Shown: positions 19,202-29,105 of the stretch, piece after piece
Position numbering within the stretch: position 1 is the stretch's first letter
Layout of the letters: every line of letters begins with the position of its first letter
IMG/VR virus record: IMGVR_UViG_3300005841_000939
DNA from: a virus
Lineage: Duplodnaviria > Caudoviricetes
DNA length: 64,000 nucleotides
Direction: 5' to 3' (one strand)
The notes under the pieces: model-generated
The model's input: only the letters and a program-made list of their open reading frames with translations
The model's database searches: none
Told to the model about the DNA's origin: nothing
Program-made: the position numbers and the translations under genes

Positions 19202-20106
19202 TCAACTACACCTTTTAAAATTTCAGCACTTGGCGCATCAACTTTTTGAATCAACGGATAAATCGCTCTTACTTCTTCTGGTTTCATTGGTCCAGTATTA
19301 GAAGCATTTCTTATACCTTGATTTATACCATATTTTGCAAATGCGTTTGGCATAAGCACACCGTATAATTTTTCTCTTCCTTCTGTTTTTCTTGTAAAAA
19401 CGTAGAAAGGATATCCGCCATACATATTAACATATTGTTGAGGGTCATCAGTTACGCAAAAACGATCCCCTCCATCTTTATTTTTCCAACAAGGCGCCAT
19501 TGCTTGTTCATTAGTTGATACTTTATAAACTTTAAAATTATCATCCTGAGCAACTAAATTTTGTTTTGTTGTGTCTCTATGTTCACCTGTATCAACAAAT
19601 GCTCTTAATAACTTTTGATGATCAAAAATATAACTTATTACTTCAGCGGCATCACCAGTTTGTGGATTATAGTTTTTTATGAAATCGTATTCTGGACCTT
19701 CAGCATGTTTTCCGTCTTTATATTTGTCTAATGCTTGTGACATCAAAGAAAATGCTTTTACATAATCCTTATTTTCACCATATTGATATTTTAAACTTTT
19801 AATAATGTCATATATTTGGGCAGGAAGTGTATCCTTTATTTCTTCTTTAGAATATCCTTCACTTTTTGCATATGACAAATATTCTCCAACTTGAGTATTT
19901 ACTGTTTTAACTATTTCTTTTGCAATTGGAATAAGAAAATAATGTTTAGGATCATATGTCAAACTTCCAGCAGCTTCTTTTGCTTGCTGAAAAATTAATC
20001 TCTTAAAATGTTCAAGTTCAGGATCCCATGAATATTCATCCCAAGTTGAATTGAGTTGATTTAAAAATGGAGATTCTTTTAGGTAAAATTTCTGAAAAGA
20101 TTCCAT
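19198..20106 (-). CDS. Hypothetical protein, candidate internal head protein
   Basis: 302-aa ORF with its own late promoter; N-terminus MESFQKFYLKE. Confidence 0.7.
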   Translation of the reverse strand: MESFQKFYLKESPFLNQLNSTWDEYSWDPELEHFKRLIFQQAKEAAGSLTYDPKHYFLIPIAKEIVKTVNTQVGEYLSYAKSEGYSKEEIKDTLPAQIYDIIKSLKYQYGENKDYVKAFSLMSQALDKYKDGKHAEGPEYDFIKNYNPQTGDAAEVISYIFDHQKLLRAFVDTGEHRDTTKQNLVAQDDNFKVYKVSTNEQAMAPCWKNKDGGDRFCVTDDPQQYVNMYGGYPFYVFTRKTEGREKLYGVLMPNAFAKYGINQGIRNASNTGPMKPEEVRAIYPLIQKVDAPSAEILKGVVE

Positions 20107-20112
20107 AGAAGT

Positions 20113-20120
20113 TATTTATA
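20113..20120 (-). promoter_or_regulatory. T4-type late promoter TATAAATA
   Basis: Exact motif just after the gp23 terminator, 6 nt upstream of the ATG at 20106. Confidence 0.75.
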
Positions 20121-20131
20121 TTTTATCATTT

Positions 20132-20170
20132 AAAACAAAAAACCCACCAGTCCAGAAGACTGATGGGTTT
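20132..20170 (-). terminator. Intrinsic terminator after the major capsid gene
   Basis: Minus strand AACCCATCAGTC-TTCTG-GACTGGTGGGTT followed by TTTTGTTTT. Confidence 0.85.
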
Positions 20171-20194
20171 CTTTCTGCTTATAGCAGCGATTGA

Positions 20195-21547
20195 TTAGCG
20201 TGAGCCAGCCAATGCACTGTTACTCAAGTTTACAACCTTGATGAAGCGATAGTAGTTTTCTGAACCCCAAAGTGAATCAAGAATACCGTAACGAGTCATG
20301 ACACCGATTACTGGTTGGAATGATTCAACTTGTGTGGTACGTGAGAACATAACTGGAACGTATGGGCAGTAGATGATACCTGCGTCATTTTCCTTTGGAC
20401 CCTTGTAGCCAACGACTGCGTAGTCTTGTGCTGCGAATGAGTCGCGATACAATGTAAAGCGACCAATTGTACCAACCTTTGCGACACCTGAAACTTCAGT
20501 ATTCAATGAAGAACTGATTGGTGAGAGCAAGAAGTTTTCCAATGATTCCAATGCTGCAACGACACCTGGGGAAGCGATGACGAAGTTACCTGCACCACGA
20601 CGTGTTGCGACAGCGATTTCGTTTGAAGCCTTCAAGAGAACTGTGTACAATGTACGGAACTTCTCTTGTTCCCAGCGACCATCAGCAGTACCGTTAGCAT
20701 TACCAACAGTGCCGTAGTCCCATGTCAATACGCCACCTTGGATAGCGCGATAGATGATACGATTCTTGATTTCCAAGTCGATTTCAGCAGCGATTTCATA
20801 AGCAAGCAAGTCAGTCAATTCTTCTTCAACGTCAACATTGTGCATGTTTGCCAAGTCTTGTTGAGCTTCAAGTGTCCAACGTGCTTTCAACTTACGTGTT
20901 GAAGCTGTGATTTCTTTCTTTTCAATGGTCAAGCCCATTTCACGGATGTTGCCTGATTCTGCATCGCAAACCTTACCATCTGTGTCAAGACGTTCACCGA
21001 AACCAGTCAAGTAGCCTTGTGAACCACCTGAGAGACCTGATGCTGTAATGTCTGCAATCTTGCCGCCAGTGCCTACGCCTGGTTGGTTGCCGTATTGTGC
21101 AATTGCTGCGTTACCGGTGATACCAGTTCCACTTTGTGAACCTGAGAATTGTGGGTAAACAGTATTGTAGCCAGCTTCAACACCAGTTTGTGGGCCTGAT
21201 TGGTAGCGATAGCGCAATGCGTATGCCAAACCAACTGGTGTGAACATTGGTTGAACGCCAACGAGGTCGTTGGTGATCAATTCAGGGAAAACACGCGCAA
21301 CGAGTGGCATTGCGATTCCCATGTACTTAGCAACACCTTGGTTGCCGATGATTGCTGGATTGATGGTGCCGTCTGCACAGCCTGCACCAACTTCAGTTGA
21401 TGTACCACCGTTTTCGTTCAAGATTTCCTTATGGAACCACTTCTCTTCGTTTTCCAAGAGTTGTGCTGTAAGGACTTGTTTCTTTTCTGACTTGATGTGG
21501 GAAATCATTGGTTCCCATTTTTCAAGTAACATTTCGATATTTTTCAT
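20195..21547 (-). CDS. gp23: Major capsid protein
   Basis: LLEKWEP, LVARVFPELITNDLVGVQPMFTPVGLAYALR, ASTRKLKARWTLEAQQDL, GYKG...AGIIYCPYVP, GVMTRYG. Confidence 0.98.
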   Translation of the reverse strand: MKNIEMLLEKWEPMISHIKSEKKQVLTAQLLENEEKWFHKEILNENGGTSTEVGAGCADGTINPAIIGNQGVAKYMGIAMPLVARVFPELITNDLVGVQPMFTPVGLAYALRYRYQSGPQTGVEAGYNTVYPQFSGSQSGTGITGNAAIAQYGNQPGVGTGGKIADITASGLSGGSQGYLTGFGERLDTDGKVCDAESGNIREMGLTIEKKEITASTRKLKARWTLEAQQDLANMHNVDVEEELTDLLAYEIAAEIDLEIKNRIIYRAIQGGVLTWDYGTVGNANGTADGRWEQEKFRTLYTVLLKASNEIAVATRRGAGNFVIASPGVVAALESLENFLLSPISSSLNTEVSGVAKVGTIGRFTLYRDSFAAQDYAVVGYKGPKENDAGIIYCPYVPVMFSRTTQVESFQPVIGVMTRYGILDSLWGSENYYRFIKVVNLSNSALAGSR

Positions 21548-21574
21548 GATTGTCTTTCTTTGTAGAAGGGGTTA

Positions 21575-22642
21575 TTATTTTGTGTATTTTGGTTGTACAC
21601 GTCCGGCCCAATTGTTCATTGGGGTTGCTTCCTTCTTAGGGGAAGTCTTTGTTGAAGCATCGGATTTATCACTCTCGTTCAAAATCTTTTTCTTTTGGAA
21701 TTCAATAGCAGTTGAATCAGCGATTGGTTTGGCTGGGGTTTGTACAACTGTTTTGACTTCTGGTTTCGCAGATTCTTCAATCTTTTGAACCACTTTTTGT
21801 TCTGGTTTAGTTGAAACTTCGGTTACAATATCACGAATTGATTCGTAATGTGTTTCCAACTTTTCAATTTCAACATCTTCAAGAAGCTTGACAGCCTTTT
21901 CACGTTGAGCAGATGTAAGACCTTCAGTCAAACTCTTAATCTTCGAGTGGCGTTCTACTTCTCTCTTCTCTTTCTTGAGGACTACTATGTCCTTCATTGA
22001 TTTTTGAACTTCTGTTTCAAGACGAGCGATTTCTTCTTTTGCTTCCTTAATTAGCTTGTAACCAGTAGTGTCCAATTTGATGAAATTACCAGAAAATGAC
22101 TTCATGATACCTTCAACCAATGGTTCCAATACTTGAATACGGGCCGCAGACTCCATAATCTCCGCTGGAATAGCTTCTGACAATTTGGCTTCCAAGTATT
22201 CGGAAACTTTGTCAATCAATCCAACTTTGAATTTTTTAACCTCTTCTACAAGAGCGGCATTTTGATTTGCTTTATATTCTTGTGCTTCTTCCAACAAAAT
22301 CTTGTTGGCTTCTGCCTTAAATTTTTCTTTTTCTTCTTCAACTTTTTGCTTCAAAACTTTAGCTTCTTCTAATACTGTAGCTTCAAGTTCTGACTTGTAT
22401 TTCTCTGCTTCTTCAACTAGAATCTTTTCATTCTCTGCTGCTTCTGAAAGAAGTGCAGCTTTTGTGGTTTCTAGTTCTTTTTCCTTAGTTGCGTATGCTT
22501 CACTAAGAAGTTTTTCCTTAGCAGAAACACGCGCTTCCACGGTTTCGTTAATAAGGGTACTAATTGATGATTTTGTTGATTCATCTAATTGGCCAGCTTG
22601 GATGCCTTCCAATAATGTTTCAAGTGCGGTCTTGTCAGACAT
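21575..22642 (-). CDS. gp22: Prohead core scaffolding protein
   Basis: Between gp21 and gp23; Glu/Lys-rich coiled coil; KVSEYLE and LTEGLTSAQREKAVKLLEDVE motifs. Confidence 0.9.
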   Translation of the reverse strand: MSDKTALETLLEGIQAGQLDESTKSSISTLINETVEARVSAKEKLLSEAYATKEKELETTKAALLSEAAENEKILVEEAEKYKSELEATVLEEAKVLKQKVEEEKEKFKAEANKILLEEAQEYKANQNAALVEEVKKFKVGLIDKVSEYLEAKLSEAIPAEIMESAARIQVLEPLVEGIMKSFSGNFIKLDTTGYKLIKEAKEEIARLETEVQKSMKDIVVLKKEKREVERHSKIKSLTEGLTSAQREKAVKLLEDVEIEKLETHYESIRDIVTEVSTKPEQKVVQKIEESAKPEVKTVVQTPAKPIADSTAIEFQKKKILNESDKSDASTKTSPKKEATPMNNWAGRVQPKYTK

Positions 22643-22669
22643 TTCAATAGTCTCCTATTTCTGAAAATT

Positions 22670-22677
22670 TATTTATA
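22670..22677 (-). promoter_or_regulatory. T4-type late promoter TATAAATA
   Basis: Exact motif upstream of the gp22-gp23 pair. Confidence 0.8.
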
Positions 22678-22687
22678 TATAATCCGA

Positions 22688-23383
22688 TTAGATATTTCTG
22701 AGAAATTTTTGTAACTCATTAAGAAATAACTTATTTCGTAATTCCGAGTCTTTTGGAAGTGATTCCAAACTACGTTCTAAACCATTGTAGCATTCAGTGA
22801 TAAGTCCATTATCACCAATGATATATGCTTTATTTTCCAAGATACCTTGGACGAAACCTTGTGGGGCGGATGGATCAGCAACAATATCACTTGCAATCAA
22901 ATCGCATTGTTGAACTGTCTTTGATCCATCTTTATTTGCTTGTTCAGCAAGAACACCTAAACAACGTGTTGAAGATCCAATGCGCAATCCTTCTTCTAAG
23001 AAAGTTTGTGCAATTCTTCCTGATGGATTCTTACCAAGAATCTTTGCCTTACCCATGCAATCATTGCCGTTCCAATTAAGTTCGGTAATATAGTGTGAAA
23101 CTTTATCAAGATTAATTTCAACACCATCAGGGTGACCCAATTCACCAAATGAACGGAATCCAACTTTTGGATTCATTCTTTCAGTTATGTACTTTTGTAC
23201 AACTGGTTCCATTAATTGTTTTGGATACATACGTCCATTGCGATTTTTTACGTTCGCTTGAATGAATGGGCCGGTAATGTAATAGGTGCGTTCTTTTGTG
23301 CCGTCTTCATTCTCAATCGTTTCAATCAAACGTGTGAGTGGAACTGCATCAAAATCTTTAGCTTCAACAATTAGTTTTAGCAT
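22688..23383 (-). CDS. gp21: Prohead protease
   Basis: ITGPFIQANVKNRNGRMYP, GELGHP, GSSTRCLG, DIVADPSAPQGFV. Confidence 0.96.
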   Translation of the reverse strand: MLKLIVEAKDFDAVPLTRLIETIENEDGTKERTYYITGPFIQANVKNRNGRMYPKQLMEPVVQKYITERMNPKVGFRSFGELGHPDGVEINLDKVSHYITELNWNGNDCMGKAKILGKNPSGRIAQTFLEEGLRIGSSTRCLGVLAEQANKDGSKTVQQCDLIASDIVADPSAPQGFVQGILENKAYIIGDNGLITECYNGLERSLESLPKDSELRNKLFLNELQKFLRNI

Positions 23384-23395
23384 GCGTGTTTCGCC

Positions 23396-23632
23396 TTATT
23401 TTTTGCTTTCATCTGCCAACTTACTTGCGTCGGATGCGATTTTCTCGGCATCTGCATTAAGTTTTTCAACTACTGCTGGTTTTCTATTATTTATAGCGTT
23501 TTGCAGTGCTCCACGTACAACAAGAGGAAATTGTTCATCGGCAGTGCGATAATCATTCTTTCCAAGTGCTGATAACCATTTCTTAATTGCTTCGTCAAAC
23601 ATTTTATTTCCTTGTGTTTTTATTATAATCAA
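23396..23632 (-). CDS. Small prohead core protein (gp67/gp68 position)
   Basis: 78-aa ORF upstream of gp21; assigned by synteny only. Confidence 0.5.
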   Translation of the reverse strand: MIIIKTQGNKMFDEAIKKWLSALGKNDYRTADEQFPLVVRGALQNAINNRKPAVVEKLNADAEKIASDASKLADESKK

Positions 23633-23644
23633 ACGTTATTTTAA

Positions 23645-24070
23645 TTAGCAGCAAATATACAATTCAGGTCTGTAAAGAAATCCATAATCAGTTTTATAAC
23701 CAATAAAAACATCATAAAGTGTATCTGGTTTCAAATTTACCATTCTTCCTGGAGAAACATCACTTAACCATAATTCGGCACCAATACCTCCAGGAATTCG
23801 CGAATCTATAAAACTTTGTTCTAATGGAATACGATATTCAAATGGACCTGGAGCAATGCGTAAATAAAATGAATCAGGAGTTGGAAAACTCCAAATAACA
23901 CCTTGAACATTTTGTTTCTGCCCATCTATGGCTTGGGCTAATTTATAGATATTATCTACATCTAAGTAAATAATATCTCCAATATTAAATGTTTGTTCAG
24001 CATTAGCCTGATACAATAATTTTGGATCAGTGTGTGAGTGACTTATTGTTAAATCTCTATAGGAAGTCAT
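23645..24070 (-). CDS. Hypothetical protein, possibly structural or decoration
   Basis: 141 aa in the head operon; pattern IGDIIYL...YKLAQA...LWLSDVSPG...P...IG recalls phage structural beta-domains (weak). Confidence 0.55.
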   Translation of the reverse strand: MTSYRDLTISHSHTDPKLLYQANAEQTFNIGDIIYLDVDNIYKLAQAIDGQKQNVQGVIWSFPTPDSFYLRIAPGPFEYRIPLEQSFIDSRIPGGIGAELWLSDVSPGRMVNLKPDTLYDVFIGYKTDYGFLYRPELYICC

Positions 24071-24075
24071 TTACA

Positions 24076-25851
24076 TTAAGCGAAACTATCTAAGTTATCG
24101 CTTCCTCCTTTTTCATTTCCACTAGATTCTTCTCCACTTCCAGTTTCAGAAGAAGTTGATTCTTTATCATTTGATGAATCTTTTTCATTTCCTGATTTAG
24201 AACTATCTTTATCTAAATCAGCAAGATCATCTAAGCTATCTTTACTTCCCCCACCTTTACTGCTAGAACCTCCACTATCACTACTTCCTCCACCACCCGA
24301 ACCACCAGCGCCACTAGCTTCATATTCATTCTTATCTTTTTGAAGCCAGAAATCATTTTCAGCAATATCATCATCACTGAATTTCAAGAATTTGCGCATC
24401 AACCATTGCAATGAAAGAAGTGGTTTCTTACCACTGTCTTCATCACTTTCACTGTAACTTACGAAGCGTTCAAAGTTTTCTGAGCGGCGGGTAAGAATAT
24501 CTGTTTCAAGGGCTTCTTCAAACAAGTTGTTACCAATCATGTCAACACGATAATCAAATTCATTGATACCATATTCGTCAGCATAACCTTTTAGACGTAA
24601 ATGACTGATAAAAATTTGTGAGAAAATATCTTTAAAACGATCAACAAATTGTAGAACCATTTTATGGAAACGTACTTCTTCGCGTGTAATGTCTGATGTA
24701 TCGCCAAGACTAAATCCTGTATCAGATTTAACGCGACTCATTGGAATACGCATTGCGCGATACAGTTTATCTAAAAAGTATAGGACGTCATCAATTTGAC
24801 CAAGATTATCGCCGCCAGCTAATGTGTCTACCTTACTACCTTTTCCATTTTGTGATGGAAACCAGAAGTCTTCAATCATTGCTAATGTATCAATAGTTTG
24901 ACTTGTTTCGCCAGTTGTTGGATCAAAAGTTTTTCTTTGACGATATTTCTTCATCAAATTTTGTACATATTGTTCAGCTTTTGCTTTAGGGAGATTACCA
25001 ACTTCAATTGTAAAAATACGACGTTCAGGAGCATGCACCAAACGATAAATTACAAGGGCATCTTCCATTTGACGTAGCTTGCGATAATCAACCTTTGCAA
25101 CATCAAGATATGATCTTACAATCTTCTCATAACGATTAGGACGATCATAAATGCCAGAATTAGCATAAGCTACCATCTCTGTTGGCATTTGAATGATATT
25201 GGTTTCGTTCTTGTGTAAGAAGAATGCAATGTTGTCACTTTCACTTTCTTCCCACAAAGGGAAGGTATATTCTGGCAACAAATGTTTAACTCTAAGGATT
25301 CCACGTTCTTTAGCTGTGATTGGATCAACAACTTTTTCTAAGAATATTTCACCTTCAATCATGTATGCAGTGAACCATTCGTAAATATATTTACGAACAT
25401 TGATAACTTCATTCATCAAATAATCCCACTCCTTGTGGAGATTGGCCATTACATTTTTATTTTGTTGAAAAAGTGGATTAGTAATTGTTAATTGAATTAC
25501 TTGATCTTCTGATGAGAAATTTATTGCTTCATCTTGAATTTCACCCAATGCGAATGAAATTTCTGGAAATAATGCCATACCACGATAAAGTGCTAAGCGT
25601 TGTCCTTTTGGTTGTTCAGTGGCATGAAGAAATGTATTGAAATTTGCCGATTGATTTGCGAATTCGCCTGGTACTGCTGTAACAGTTACATCTTCCATTT
25701 CAGTCGCAGATGGAATGGTTTGGCGGCCATACTTATCACCTTGACGATCAAAAGTATTATAAATTCTTTTGTAGTGAAGTTGTTGCTGATCCTTAGTCCA
25801 ATTGTTTCTGCGGACGAATGGCGATAAAATTCTTGAGAAAAAGTCAGACAT
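24076..25851 (-). CDS. gp20: Portal vertex protein
   Basis: YRGMALFPEI, LRQMEDALVIYRLVHAPERRIFTIEVGNLPKAKAEQY, EDFWFP, GDNLGQIDDV, EITREE-like; Ser/Gly/Asp-rich C-terminal tail. Confidence 0.97.
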   Translation of the reverse strand: MSDFFSRILSPFVRRNNWTKDQQQLHYKRIYNTFDRQGDKYGRQTIPSATEMEDVTVTAVPGEFANQSANFNTFLHATEQPKGQRLALYRGMALFPEISFALGEIQDEAINFSSEDQVIQLTITNPLFQQNKNVMANLHKEWDYLMNEVINVRKYIYEWFTAYMIEGEIFLEKVVDPITAKERGILRVKHLLPEYTFPLWEESESDNIAFFLHKNETNIIQMPTEMVAYANSGIYDRPNRYEKIVRSYLDVAKVDYRKLRQMEDALVIYRLVHAPERRIFTIEVGNLPKAKAEQYVQNLMKKYRQRKTFDPTTGETSQTIDTLAMIEDFWFPSQNGKGSKVDTLAGGDNLGQIDDVLYFLDKLYRAMRIPMSRVKSDTGFSLGDTSDITREEVRFHKMVLQFVDRFKDIFSQIFISHLRLKGYADEYGINEFDYRVDMIGNNLFEEALETDILTRRSENFERFVSYSESDEDSGKKPLLSLQWLMRKFLKFSDDDIAENDFWLQKDKNEYEASGAGGSGGGGSSDSGGSSSKGGGSKDSLDDLADLDKDSSKSGNEKDSSNDKESTSSETGSGEESSGNEKGGSDNLDSFA

Positions 25852-25911
25852 TTCGTTTCCTGTTAATTATTATAATACCCTGAGTTTAATTATAATGTTT
25901 ATACACCCCTA

Positions 25912-25919
25912 TATTTATA
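25912..25919 (-). promoter_or_regulatory. T4-type late promoter TATAAATA (portal operon)
   Basis: Exact motif upstream of gp20. Confidence 0.75.
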
Positions 25920-25967
25920 CACTTTATTGACCATTGAACCCTGATTTCATAAAGTTGTATTCCCTTA

Positions 25968-25975
25968 TATAAATA
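25968..25975 (+). promoter_or_regulatory. T4-type late promoter TATAAATA
   Basis: Exact motif 20 nt upstream of the ATG at 25996. Confidence 0.7.
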
Positions 25976-25995
25976 ATTATTGGGAATACAACTTT

Positions 25996-26892
25996 ATGAA
26001 ATGTAATGTATGTAATAAAATTTTTGATAATTTTAGAAAACTTTCTAAGCATATCAGGGATAATCATAAAGAATTTTCAATTCAAAAATATTACGATACT
26101 TTTGTAAAAAAGGAAAAAGAAGGTTTATGTCCAATATGCAACGCTCCAACAAATTTTGCATCTATATCTAAAGGATATCATTTAATTTGCTCATCGCGTA
26201 AATGTGCATGCACATTTAACAGAGACAAATTAAGAAAAAATCCAGAAAAATTTAATTTATTTAAAGAAAAAGTATCTAAAAATTTAAAAAACATGTGGAA
26301 ATTTAAAGATAATTCTTTAAGAGTATCAAAAACAACAAAAACTAGGAATAAATGGGTTGAAACTTTATCAGATGATGAACGATCTGAAATTTTTGGATGG
26401 TTAAATAAATTATCACCAGAAGAAAAATCAATAAAATGCAAAGAGTTATTAGATAAAACATTGTTTAAATGGTGGAAAAATGCATCAGATGAACAAAAGC
26501 AACAAACATATAAAAAAATTGTAGAAACAAAAATTAAAAACGGAACATGTCTACCCGAATCAGAAGAATATAATTATTTAAATTACAAAAAACAAGTTAG
26601 AAAACTATCTGAACAAAATTACAAAAAATATAAGGAATTTATAAACCCAAACAACTTAATACGTTCAAGAAAAATGCAACTTGATCATCGTGTTAGCATA
26701 TTTAATGGATTTATTTTAGGTATACCAAAAGAAATCATTGCAAGTCCATATAATTTAGAACTTTTAGATGGATATAAAAATAATCAAAAACACAAAAACA
26801 ATTCTATTTCAATTGAGGAATTATGTCAAAATTTCAAAAAAGTATATTCATCCCAACAAATCCAAAAAAATACAAAGGAAAAACTCCGGTAA
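25996..26892 (+). mobile_element. Putative free-standing HNH homing endonuclease with Zn-finger modules
   Basis: N-terminal C2H2 finger (CNVC...HIRDNH), a CPIC...CSSRKC module, and C-terminal LDHRVS...NLELL...NNQKH HNH-like motif. Very Lys/Asn- and AT-rich; overlaps gp4 by 70 nt. Confidence 0.6.
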
Positions 26893-27266
26893 TAGCAAGA
26901 AGTTCCTGGGAAACTAAATTCATGCATTTCTTGGATTCCAACGCTAATGTATTGGAATGGTCAAGTGAAAGTTTGGCAATACCTTATATCAATCCTTTTA
27001 CAGGAAGATGGTCAAGATACTTCCCTGACTTTGTAATTAAATACAAAGATAATAAGGGTGTAGAAAAATTTGAAATAATTGAAGTGAAACCAATGAAGCA
27101 AACCATTGCTCCTACAGTTTCTAGAGGAAAATCTAAAAAGACTGTCCTAACAGAAAATAAAACTTGGATTGTTAATAATGCTAAATGGGCATCAACAGTA
27201 GAATTCTGTAAAAAGCATGGTTATGCATTCAGAATTATTACCGAGAATGATTTATTTTTTAAGTAA
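26823..27266 (+). CDS. gp4: Head completion nuclease
   Basis: PTNPKKYKG, RSSWETKFMHFLD, WSSE...IPY, RYFPDF, IEVKPMKQT. Confidence 0.92.
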   Translation: MSKFQKSIFIPTNPKKYKGKTPVIARSSWETKFMHFLDSNANVLEWSSESLAIPYINPFTGRWSRYFPDFVIKYKDNKGVEKFEIIEVKPMKQTIAPTVSRGKSKKTVLTENKTWIVNNAKWASTVEFCKKHGYAFRIITENDLFFK

Positions 27267-28203
27267 ATAATTCTTCAACATCATTAAGATTATTCATTAA
27301 CGAATTACCTGTAGTTTTATTAGTGGCAATACGCTGAATGATTTGATCCATATTAGACATGTTACGCAACAATTCTCTAAACTTATTTTTAGACAAATAA
27401 TGGAATATTTCTTTTCCAGATGGAAGAACATAATCCTTAAAATTATCTTTAAATTGTTTGATTAATGCCTGCGGAGTTCTATCTAGATCAATGAGAATTG
27501 TATTTCTCTTAAACCGTTCTTTATATTCTTCACCAAAAGTTACTATTGAACCATCAGCATTTGTATGAAATGGTGTCTTATCATCAAACATTTCTTGAAG
27601 CTTACCTTCATTCAAAATCTTTTCAGCAGTCTTATCACCAACACGTTCTTTAATTGAAGGTACGTTATCACCTGGATCACCAGTTAAAATTTTAATTTTA
27701 AGCTCTTTAATAGGATCATCACAAACTAAAAATTTTGCTTTAATTGGATCATAAATTTTAACATTTTTATATTTAAGTAATTGCAAATAATCTGTATCAG
27801 ATGTTACAATTATTTTTTCAAAATTTTGCCAATCTCTTGCAAAAACTCCTGCCAAGTCATCTGCTTCTAAGTACTTTTGCTGCAAGACGTAAAATGGAAA
27901 ATATTGCTTAACTTCTTCAGTAAATGCTCGGTAGTTATCAAAGAACGCAGTCCAATCAATATCTGTTTGTTTTGCCCTGGCCGCTTTTCTATTTTCTTTA
28001 TATTCTAGGTAATATTTTTTACGCCAGTTTTCTTTATCATCAACCAACAAAACAATTTCATCAGCGGCAAATTTGCGCGATGTATTGATGATTTGATTAA
28101 ACATCAAATGCTTGAAATAATTCCATCCAACGTCCTTAATATCTTTATTGGCTGCGTGAAGACAGCGGTAAGCGACGTGATTTAGGTCAAATAATACTAT
28201 CAT
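27259..28203 (-). CDS. rnh: RNase H / 5'-3' flap exonuclease
   Basis: FDLNH, WRKKYYLEYKENR, LEADDL, TSDTDYLQL, GDPGDNVPSI. Confidence 0.92.
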   Translation of the reverse strand: MIVLFDLNHVAYRCLHAANKDIKDVGWNYFKHLMFNQIINTSRKFAADEIVLLVDDKENWRKKYYLEYKENRKAARAKQTDIDWTAFFDNYRAFTEEVKQYFPFYVLQQKYLEADDLAGVFARDWQNFEKIIVTSDTDYLQLLKYKNVKIYDPIKAKFLVCDDPIKELKIKILTGDPGDNVPSIKERVGDKTAEKILNEGKLQEMFDDKTPFHTNADGSIVTFGEEYKERFKRNTILIDLDRTPQALIKQFKDNFKDYVLPSGKEIFHYLSKNKFRELLRNMSNMDQIIQRIATNKTTGNSLMNNLNDVEELFT

Positions 28204-28257
28204 TAGTTAGTTCTTTTAAAAAGTCTAACTATCTATGATATGAAGTTTTTTATGGAA

Positions 28258-29100
28258 TCAATTAGTTTTGCGCTTTACGCCGAGTTTTCCCATATACAGT
28301 GCAATATCATCAGTTGTTGTTCCTGGCATATTTGCCTGTGGAACTCCTGCTGGCGCACTCATTCCAACTGAACCTCCACCACCATTACTTACATCACCAT
28401 CTTCTTGAATTGGTGCTGTTTCTGGTTGAGGATTTGAAATGTTTATAACTGCTTGTGGATCAACTGTTGTGATATTGTTATGTTTGAGGAATTGATTGAC
28501 AGTATCCAAATTTAATGGCAATTCTAATGCTCTGAATAAATTTGCGATACTTGCAGGAGTTGAATCCTTCATAACATCTTCGTACAATTTTCTATTTTCT
28601 GGTTTAGCACCAAGTTTAGCATCAAAATTTGCAATTCCTGCAGTTGATGTTGCTGGACCTGATGTTGCAACTGGACCAGCACCTGCAGCACCACCAGCAT
28701 CCTCATCAAGAGCTTTTAGATTACTCTTCATTTCCAAACGAAGTTTTGCCAATTCATCTTTTAGACGGTAATCAGCAACATATTCGCCAACTTCTACTTC
28801 GCCTTGGTTTGGGTTTTGTTCTTTCTTTGGCTTGTCTTCTTCTGGTTTTGTGTCAGTAACAAAACCTTTATCTTCAACTGCTGATGGCAATGGTTCATTC
28901 TTTTCTACTTCTGTAGGATGAACCATCTTGTCTTCTTTTGGAGCTTCTTCAATTTTGTCTTCTTTTTCTTTACCGTAAATTACTTCTTCTTTAGGGACCT
29001 TAATTTTTGATCCATATTGAGATTCAAGAATTACAAAGTTTTTATCTTCTTTTGCAAGAGTATAAGGAAAACCTTTGTAGATAACATGTTTGGAAGCCAT
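28258..29100 (-). CDS. Hypothetical protein with a duplicated motif
   Basis: 280-aa ORF, acidic/low-complexity, with two copies of T-T-x-x-I-A-x4-K-L-G. Confidence 0.7.
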   Translation of the reverse strand: MASKHVIYKGFPYTLAKEDKNFVILESQYGSKIKVPKEEVIYGKEKEDKIEEAPKEDKMVHPTEVEKNEPLPSAVEDKGFVTDTKPEEDKPKKEQNPNQGEVEVGEYVADYRLKDELAKLRLEMKSNLKALDEDAGGAAGAGPVATSGPATSTAGIANFDAKLGAKPENRKLYEDVMKDSTPASIANLFRALELPLNLDTVNQFLKHNNITTVDPQAVINISNPQPETAPIQEDGDVSNGGGGSVGMSAPAGVPQANMPGTTTDDIALYMGKLGVKRKTN

Positions 29101-29105
29101 ATATT

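Noticed and set aside
22200-22520. Repeated [LV]-x-E-E-A units in gp22
   Set aside because: Expected coiled-coil and protease-site periodicity of a scaffolding protein.
24076-24330. Ser/Gly/Asp-rich repetitive end of the portal gene
   Set aside because: Low-complexity acidic tails are common on T4-like gp20 proteins, and there is no exact DNA tandem repeat.
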